Part shown: positions 50,752-60,000 of the stretch, piece after piece
How positions within the stretch are numbered: the stretch's first letter is position 1
Layout of the letters: each line of letters opens with the position of its first letter
Assembly: GCA_051294905.1 (NCBI GenBank)
Contig: CM119372.1
Coordinates: 6,636,001 to 6,696,000 of the forward strand
Source: Botryllus schlosseri
Lineage: Eukaryota
Direction: 5' to 3'
DNA length: 60,000 nucleotides
Position numbers and translations under genes: made by a program
Notes under the pieces: generated by a model
What the model saw: the letters and a program-made list of their open reading frames with translations, nothing else
Database searches by the model: none
Told to the model about the DNA's origin: nothing

Positions 50752-51904
50752 ATATAGGGGTTCGATTTGAGACTGTTGCTTGTACACTAGTTGGTTAACT
50801 GCATCTAAATGAGCGCCGAATAATCAAGATCGAACGCTGTTGCGTCGGGCACACGTACTATCAGTAGGCCTAATTGGGTGTTAGATTGATGGGCCGTAAT
50901 AACATGTTTCATCCTCCTCCCATATAGGTTCAATATGCCGCGTCGCTTTGAAGTGTATTTCTTGGGCGGATGCAAATAATATAGCGCACTTGAGTGATAG
51001 TAGTCCCGCAACCGCTGATGTAGCAATATTGGGAATAATATTGGCAATTAGGTATCCGTTCGACGATCCACTTGTCCGTGCGTTCAGTTCAGTTCAGTTT
51101 CATAATAATTTTCGTCATTTCAAGACACCACAAGACTGCGATACAATGAAAAAATCAGGAAGGTGTCGAAACGACTTGGAGTATACTATAGTCTTGGAAA
51201 TCAGACACCCACCACCCAGTGAAAAGATGTTTACATTTGACACTTAGACTATACCATATTATGGGCTGACTTCAAAAAATACTAAATACCCATTCACGAA
51301 GAAAATTGGACTTCATCAAGTGACTCGGTACATAGGAATATTTTGAAATTGGAGAAAATGCGAGCAATCGTGGTTCAAGAGAGCCTGAATAGAATGGAAG
51401 TCGGCCTACCTGCCCACACCCACAATCCCACATGTCCCATCGCCATGATATCGGCCAGTGGAACACAGGGGTTCCGTAAGCCAGTCCCAGCGGTTCCGCC
51501 TGAGGTCAAGACACACGCTCAACTCACACATATGCGATGTGACGATACACCCATCTGGCCACCATAGGTTGCAAGTAATTAAAGGCCAGATGAGTAGTCG
51601 ATGTAGTATGCATTTGCTCGCATGGTTCTTTCCAGTGGCTCAATCTAATGAATTGGACTTTGGACTGTTTTCGTGTGGCTCTCAGTGAACTTAGTAGTCT
51701 CAGAAAAGCTAGTTGTTCGTGCAAACTGTTTCAATCCTTTGCCATCTCACTACCACCGTACAATCGCAACTGTTTTCCAGTGTGATAGCCAAAATAAATC
51801 CCATGTATACCGTTTATCGGGGTCACTATCGAACACAAGTCTGTGGGACAGAAGATTTAGATTTATGCCAGGCAGTCGCTCCCTTCGCCCAGAAGTGTAA
51901 CCTA

Positions 51905-53947
51905 CACTGTAAAAAATCTGGTAGATTTACTGGGAAATCTCTGTAAATTTTACCACGAATTACCGGTCGCAGCCAATTACTGTGCGGAGCTTGTCATTTT
52001 ACATTTTGATATGTAATATTACCTTAATATAGCTGTAAAGTAAGTTACCAGAATTTCTTCGCAAAATTACTGACAGTTACTCGTTACTGCAGTTTACCGA
52101 GCTATTGGCAAAATTGATTAGCCTCAAAATCGCTGCAGCCAATGTATACGTAGAACTGAATGTTACTGATATATCATTCTAGAGGTGATTTGACCTGATT
52201 GAACCTCGTTTGCGAGACTGGGGTCTGTCATACCGAAATTGTTGGCCCTAGTATCAATTTAAGCTTAGTATGGTACAAGAAATAACTGACAATCGTAGCT
52301 AATGTGGTACACCGTAGCCAGATTATATTATAAGGCAATGGCTGTACGGCCAGTCTCGCTGGTTACATTCGTTGTCACGGATAAGGCTGATAAGTTAGAA
52401 AATTAGTTCAGGATGTATAATATTGCTCGGGGAAACTAGAAATATCAGCACCGCATGCTCAGCTGACCATTTGTTAATGGCGGACAAGGCGACCTAGGTT
52501 ACATTAGGTGACTGCTTTTTCTGAGATTCGTAGTAAACAACCAACGCACAACTGTGACATCACAAGTAGCGTCTAGTTAGGTAAGTACAGTAAGTAGTGA
52601 ACAACACATGGAATATATATCAATTTATACGAAATTAGATGAAAAAAGGGACTATATGCAATGATAAATGTTTCTGTATGGAAAAAACGACCCAGATCAA
52701 ACATTATAACGTGGCCAGTAAATATTATTGGTGTCATGTGTCAGCGGATGAATACCATTTATTTCGAAATCGTTCGAGTGTCGTCTGGCCAGTGGCCATT
52801 AGTGAGATTTGAGCAAAGGGTGGAGCGAAGCTTGTTGTGCTTGAAGAAAGTGGACACGATCGTTGAAAATTCCTAGGAATGCTGAATGGAATACGCATCT
52901 TAAAAGGTAATAGAGTACTACATAGTATTTGTTACCGTGAATATCTGACTCTGCACACCAGCCCTCGATGACTTAGATTTCATGATTGATATATTTCATT
53001 CGCCGCATTCTCTGTTCTATTTTGGGATATTTGTCGACTTATATAGTGACCACATACTCCGCTGCGGAGGAGTTGAAACTGTTGGCTTGGTAATGTCATT
53101 TTCGGGCCATAGCATAGATATGTTTTCATCCACTGCTGGATTTGTTTGCCACACATGCCACCTTAAATTAGGAACCTTTTGCTTCAATACAGAGATAAAG
53201 TCATGAATCTCTGCTATGTCATGTAAAAGGCGGAGCCGTTATCACACAATGTGCCAGTACCGGTACTTCAAAACATGTTATATTTTTGTTAGCCTATTTG
53301 TCTTAGTCTTTATAATGTCATGTCCACTGTCCAGGTTAGGAACTTTGCTTTATATAGACTTACGCATGAATTCTTTTTAGTGGAACTGCAAGATACTACT
53401 TATACAGAAGGAATGAGAACGAGAAAAAGAAACAATTGGAAGTTTGGCCGGTGGTGGAAATAATTCACGTTTTCTTGAGACCACTCGTGTTACTGCATGT
53501 CTCCTAAAGAAGAATTAGACCTCCAGCAGGAATATTTTTCCATCGATAACCACTTCATCGTGATATCATGAATGAATATACAGTTTGTTCCAATGTCGTT
53601 TTGGAGATGCGAAGAAAATGTTGCGATATTTTTGCATCGGGTTGCTTTGCGATAGGTATGGATGTACGTGAATTTACAAGCTAGTATGTAATCCTGATTT
53701 ACAGGGACAGCATGTAGGTAGGTAGGCGGTAAAATGACAGTCTCGCTCGCAAATGTACAGGAGAACATGTAGATTAGGTATACCGGAGGTGACTGTAACA
53801 TTACAGTCTGGCGTGTAAAGTGAGATTACCGGACGAGTGTAAGTTAAATTTACATTGACTAACGGTAATGTTAGATTACCACGAAATGTCTGGCTACCGT
53901 GCTTCCAAACATTTCGCGGTAAATCGAGGTTTTTATTTTTTACAGTG
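51905..53947. mobile_element. ~2-kb CACTG-ended (EnSpm/CACTA-like) element, copy 2
   Basis: TIRs CACTGTAAAAAAT/TATTTTTACAGTG flanked by TA on both sides (2-bp TSD); direct-orientation homolog of 39660-41713. Confidence 0.88.
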
Positions 53948-56073
53948 TACATATCGCGTATATCAAGGGTTCTTAAACGGGGGTCCGTGGACAGTGGACA
54001 CCTTGTGGTACGAGGAACCAAATCACTAGATGCATCGTTGAATTATAGACGCAAAAGCCCACAAAAAGTGGAATATTTTCCAGCCAGACGCATTCAGCTC
54101 GTAACTTTTATTCGCGCTAGGCGCGATTTCATATCAATGGTCTTTTTGATTTTAATATAGGTACCGTCACACGCTGTGTTAAAAACGACCAAGGGTACGA
54201 GAAATGTTTTTGAAAGTTGAGCGCGAAAAAAGGCTACGAAGCACTGGCGTATACGTCGAGCGCGCTTAGCAATCTCGCAACGATTCCTAGCAACAATTGC
54301 GGAGCCATTCGTGTTTATCGCAGTTTATCGTGTTCATTGGATAGCGAGCTACTAACAGCGTGCTGTTTTGTCATCCTTGTCTACCATACCAGAGCAACAT
54401 TACAGATAAAGCAGTCGTAGCGACTAGATGTCGTAAACTACAGGGAATGTCGAAAATGGTAGGTGATTTCCCATTCAGTTTAGGATCAAGTAATCTACCG
54501 CTGCACAGTACGCATCATACAAAGGACGTAGAGAAAACAAATCGCGGTTCCTCATCCCACGAATAATCGAGTCCAACGAGCCGCAACATAAAATGTCTCC
54601 TAAATTAACCATCATATTTCATCACTATGATTGAGATTCTACTCAGTACTTTAGAAATACACATGTGAAAGGAAGAGAACATTATTTGTCGATAAAGTAG
54701 TAATGAGTATTGGCAATGAGGATGGCAACTGGCGTCAACGAAGTAACACTCAATGTGATGTCATAGAAGTAGTAACGGCGAAAACCAAGTAGTCCGTCAT
54801 CGTACGTAGAGTGTGTCGATGAATTTCGAGCAAAAAGGAAGCGAGGAAAAATACAGAACGATTTGCAAGGCTGCGCGGTGCCCACTCCTAATCGCAGAGA
54901 GCGATGACGACCATCACACAGACAGCAGTATCAAAAAGGCAATAAAGTATAAAAACATACACTAAAAGTAGCACCAGTTTTAGAAAGCCAACACGGCGCT
55001 TCCAGACATATGAAGTATCAAGGCATAAAACAGTAGCTAATAGCAATTGCGTGAAAAGTCAACATAACAGATAGAAAAGTAATGTACAAAAAGGCAAATG
55101 GTGTATGGCATATAAGACATACGGACCGCAAGAAGTAACACTCTCAAGAGTCCGCACTTGCTAGTAGACATCTCGATTTTGACGACTGGTCGTCCGATTC
55201 CTTATCAGACTTGACAATATACCCAGCCGTTTCTCTGGGAGCGTAGTATGGAAGCTCTTCCGGAGGAGCTATCTGTAAGTCCAGGAATAATGTTGCATTT
55301 ACTATCATGAGAGTACGGTTATATGTGAACGACCATGGCTTAGTAAGAGTAGCGTCAAAAATGAAAACCCAGGACAACGCCTAACGCCGCACTAAGAATA
55401 AGGGCCTGCCCGTAATATTTTACGACTGATCATGATCATTCGCGATAGATGGGAATAAATGACAATGTCCCCACGAAACTGGACATTTCAAACTTTTCGG
55501 TGCCACCTTTCCCGCACTGAATACGAGACAAAATCGCTTCAGCACGATGGTGCTACAGATGCATCGCGACGAAACGAAAAGAATGATTTCACAATCACCA
55601 GATCGATAATTCGAGGGGCTAGAGCACATTTCGTGTGCACTAGCTTGTGGTTTTGGCGGCAGGCAATCAGGCATAATGTAACAGGGTTATGTCATAAAAA
55701 CTTATCGTACTTTGATTCCTCAATGTATCGCCGAGGTTGTATTGCTGATTCCATGAACATGAGATTCTGATAACATAATAATTATCCAGGTCTTTATACA
55801 ATAACTGGTACACAGCGCCTAGTGTGGTGTTTTTACATCTAGTAGTACCGTATTGGTATATACTGGTAACTCATTCCAGAGAAATTCATCAATTCACGCT
55901 GTACTTCACGGTTTCTGGTTACCAAATGGTGATTCACAGAAAATCAAGTCTGGGGACTCGAAAACGCCAGACGCCACAATCCCAGCCTAAAACCGGTTGG
56001 TACTTGGTAGTATATTCTAGGGGAATACTAATGGCCAGGCTCACAAAACGACGTAGCCACAAATTTGAAGTGT

Positions 56074-59000
56074 TCAATTGCCTTCCAGGATAAAGGGTAG
56101 GTAGAATTTCTACACAGAACAGAAATCCGACAAGATTGAAGCGGGTAGAAAAGCCAGCTCACATGACTTCGCGCTTTGTTAAGAGTCTTTTTAACTCTCA
56201 GCATGGTAAGCCTCGCAGAAGCCCTTTGACACCACATTTCCCTCATCAATTTAACCAGTGTAATCATCGCCTGTTAAAACAAATCGATTTCTAATTTAGG
56301 AAATTGATTGATTGCGTCCATAAAGTGATATAGATCAGTGGTTCTCAACCGCCAGGTATATTACAATTTCATACCTTTATTTCAAGATGCAATGTTGAAG
56401 GCAACAAGTACAGAACAGATAAGAGCTGGCTCATCGCTAAACAGCGCAGTTTGCGCGATAAATCGATTTCGATTCTTTCATTTTGTGCAGGACCGTAACT
56501 GGGGCACCCCAAACCGCCCAATTCGAGAGGGGGCGAGCTTGAAAAGGTCCAAAAATTATTTTGCAAATGAACATAACTCAGAGCGATTTTTTTTTGAAAC
56601 TTTTCCCAACATGTTTCAATTTCTTATTGCGCGATTTAGTGTCACCAAATGCCTTATTGCTTGTAGGTGCCCTTCTCCGAGAGAGGCATGTCGGCGTCAG
56701 TCATTAACGCGCCACGACGTACCATCACATAATAAAGTTTAGGCTAACATGGGACTCCGAAAGTTGTGCCAAAAATTCGGAAGCGAGAAAACTGATTCAG
56801 TCATGAATGATCGAAAATTTTCGCCATTGGCGCGATTAAGCTACATAAACTCTGTGCTTACACTGAGTGGAAGGAATATGCTCACAAGTAGAGGTGGAAA
56901 CAACCACCCGACCGGAGGGTCTGGGGGCGAAGCCCCCGGAAGTTTGGCTTATCGCCCTGTAGGGCCAAATACCAACGTTTTTGGGTTTGGGCCGACGAAG
57001 AAATTCTTCAGCTCGGATTTGCGCATGGCCGGTATAGCTGCTGTAAGGTGTTTTTCTTGCGGCAAGCATTGTTTTCGTAGTTGCCAGAGTAGCCTGCGTC
57101 TGGTGACGGTGGGCAATGAGCAAGGTAGCACGACAAGGGTCTTGGTTCTACTCCGAAACGGCCTTCGGCGCGAAAGACTGTACACGACTCTCGACCGTAG
57201 CACGTTTATCTAGACAAGGAAATTTTACCTCTACTCAGCAGACTCACTAGACACTAGGTACCATAAAATTACATGGATGCCACCATGAAGATAATTAATT
57301 ACGATCAAAACCCTCTAAATGTCACTTTCTAGCACCATATAATTGCAATTTGGCATCATTTCAATTTTGAAAGTTCACCGGTCCACCTGACATTTTTTGA
57401 AATTTTACCGGTCCGCGAGGTGAAAAAGGTTGAGAACCACTGATATAGATCATAAGATTGTTCCAAACAAATTTTCAAGTTGATAAGTATTGCCCGGTAA
57501 GTTACCTGCCACTGCCTGCATTTCACATTTTCCTTCATCGATATTGTACTATAAACTGTGCTGCCGATAAATTCATCAACACTCGCTTGATGACACACAC
57601 ACTTGCAAGCTCAATTACAAAGCAGATTGCCTTTATCCGCACCAACCTAGGTCATTGATCCGGATAGACACAATAAAAGCTAGATAACCATGCTGACGAC
57701 GTGGTGTAAATGTGATCATTTGGAATTGTGGAAAATACAGCAGTAGACATTTCAATTGGTTGTTACATAAAAGTGGACTGGCAATAACAACACATATTCT
57801 TATTTGACCGCAACACCTGTCATCTAAAAGTACTCCCACATTCTAGGAAACCAACATTTTCAACAGCTGCAGAGAACAGATAGCAACAGGCACATGTCTA
57901 TTCAAAATACCATCGCATTTCATCGTGAACATCATGGATTTCTGACCTGCTTGATATAAGAGTAAATGAGCGGCTGGACTCTCTGAACATCTATTATTAT
58001 AACAGGTGAAGTCCGGCCTGACAGAAAACTGCCTTGAATTAAATTTGATTCAGTCTGCACTTCAGAAAACCACATTTCCAATTCTCCTCAATTTTCCTAT
58101 CCAGAGAAATAAAATAAGTGAACTGTGCACAAAAACAACTTACACATAGACACAACCTTTCCTGAATTCGCTATCGTGAATAAGTGCTGCAAAACCGACT
58201 AAATCTACATCATACTGCGACTCAATCTATATCTACTATGTACTCACAAATAGAAACTCTTCCTGATCCCATATCACTAATTCCATATTGAAGAACAGGT
58301 CAAAACCATACCTCATCATATCGCCAACTGACCGGGATGACAGGCCGATATTCATCATCACACACTATTTTTCGCATTTCTTCGAAACTTGGATCATGCC
58401 CAACAACGTCAAAGTAGGGAGGTTGGTATTCTTCTGTGATACCTAAACAGGGTGTGGTCTGTTTAGTATTAATCACGGAGCACACTAGATTGAATAATTC
58501 CACCATTAACAATGCGTCTATCGAAAGTGATATGACAGCCATATGATCATCTTCTGTATTTTCGATAAATGAAAACATTTAGATCACTTTTATGTAGCAG
58601 AATATAATAAAACAGCAGGACACTAATGGTATGATTGTCAACAGGGAATGAAGAAATTCCATATAGGCTACCAAGTGGTATATTATGAAGATAACTATGT
58701 GGAGACATTGAGGGGAGAAGTCTGCTTCTAGCTAAGTGTTTCACAAATCTCATGATACTACTGAAAACACAACATTTTTACAAAGATTGAATAGTATATT
58801 CATATTGAAATAAACCCAAATATTTTCGGCTGACACTCGTCAGGGCTAATCGTCAGCAACTAGTAGAGAATTGCTGGCTACTAGTTGCTGACGATTACCC
58901 CTGACGAGTGTCAGCCGAAAAGATTTGGGTTTATTTCAATATGAATATACTATTCAATTGTATATTGAAGTTCTGTACCTCCAAGAAGCTTTTACAAAGA

Positions 59001-59737
59001 TGAAACATGATTATGGTACTGAAAAGTGGTAGCTTGTAAACTGCAATTTAGCAGTAAAGCATGGTATAGGCAGAACAGTTAATAAAAATACATATGTAAG
59101 TTTTGAGCAAATCCTTGCTAACCTTCAATGGAGCATCTTCGCGCTGCCTCCCAAATCACCAATCCAAATGCGTAGACATCCGCTTGCATGAAGCAGTCGA
59201 AACTGAGTGGATTTATGGTTTCATCAAGAACCTAAATTGACAAATTATAAGATCGTAGACATTGGTTCCATATTACATTGTGATATACCTCAGGTGCCAT
59301 ATACCGCTTCGTTCCCACTCTGTTATTATTTCTCCAAATATCCACAGAGTCTCCATTCTGAAGCACGGCCAAACCTGAAGAATTTAATAGCAGATCAACC
59401 TAAGAAATGCAATCCACCATCACCAAATACCCACCAAGATCTGCAATGCAGCAAGTCAAGTCGTTTTTCACCAATATATTTTTGGACTTTACATCGCGAT
59501 GCGCTATAGCAGGTTTACCCTTGAATAAATAAGGAGAATTTATGGGTTTGACATTCTTGTGTCACAACACAGCGCAATGAGCACACCAACCTTGACCCCG
59601 TCTATCCGGGTATGCAAGTGAGACAGGCCATTGCTAGCAGTCTGGCAAAGTCGTAAGAGTAACTGCTTATCCAACGTATTTCTTTGCAGGAAATCGTACA
59701 TAGAGCCCAGTGGATGGTAATAGCTGATCAACCAAAG
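56074..59737 (-). CDS. ACVR1: TGF-beta/BMP type I receptor Ser/Thr kinase, ACVR1/ALK1-2-like, 3' half; exons 59737-59591, 59519-59435, 59374-59289, 59231-59123, 58442-58312, 56270-56163 and probable final exon 56109-56074
   Basis: Spliced translation: [18 protein letters not shown]...[32 protein letters not shown]...[19 protein letters not shown]...[15 protein letters not shown]...[23 protein letters not shown]...[23 protein letters not shown]. All introns are GT-AG with consistent phases. The subfamily call rests on recalled similarity to ALK2. The final exon is uncertain; without that splice the ORF reads through to 56028. Confidence 0.93.
56336..57442. mobile_element. hAT-type element in a receptor intron
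   Basis: TIRs CAGTGGTTCTCAACC/GGTTGAGAACCACTG; TSD ATATAGAT. Confidence 0.88.
58786..58958. repeat. ~170-bp near-perfect intronic palindrome
   Basis: ATTGAATAGTATATTCATATTGAAATAAACCCAAAT...CAACTAGTAG, an 11-nt loop, then CTACTAGTTG...ATTTGGGTTTATTTCAATATGAATATACTATTCAAT. Confidence 0.9.
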
Positions 59738-60000
59738 CTAGAAACGTGAAAAATGTAAGTCTGGTTAGTGCAATCACTAGTCGCATAATTCACTTTATGA
59801 CAACTGCTGATTTAATGACCAGTACGTCTTTCCAAAACAGCACAACTATGAAAGTATAAAACCCTAAATAATAAAAACAAGAGTTGAGTAGCAAAAAGCC
59901 TAACTACCAGCAGCCGTCGATATTTCTTATTCAGATTGGCAGAAACAAAAAGGTATGGATAGGAAGAAATTTATTGTTGCAATTGAGCTAATCTTATTGT

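Noticed and set aside
56338..57213. Several overlapping 84-154 aa ORFs
   Set aside because: They lie within a GC-richer transposon in a receptor intron and have no recognisable domains.

Overview
AT-rich, intron-containing animal genomic DNA, not prokaryotic. The short introns, hAT-type MITEs, tRNA-derived SINEs and gene content suggest an invertebrate chordate, probably an ascidian (inference). Almost none of the supplied ORFs are real genes as listed. Manual splicing reveals three co-oriented (+ strand) peptide-hormone precursor genes. Gene A (5'-partial, exons 1-52/119-248/331-415) encodes RLRR-YSEGTATSLDSINRDSVAADRLRQSLT-GR, a predicted amidated 27-mer of glucagon/secretin/GIP type; its reading frame is absent from the ORF track. 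Gene B (25916-28158) encodes a signal peptide and RSRR-TSTPGIMSHLVGEVRGRKAAKQTLARLRQS-RK. Gene C (42776-43321) encodes a signal peptide and RRSRR-HADGMFSHVRGNAQETKSVHRFHQVMSP-RKRK. This looks like a tandem cluster of divergent class B1 GPCR ligands (glucagon/PACAP-like, with some PTH-like features). It lies tail-to-tail with the kinase-domain exons of an ACVR1/ALK2-like TGF-beta type I receptor on the - strand (56074-59737). The remainder is dominated by non-autonomous DNA transposons (many with 8-bp TSDs, several nested), long palindromic elements, two ~2 kb CACTG-ended repeats, SINEs and a truncated CR1/L2-like LINE. All gene models are by-eye predictions without transcript evidence.
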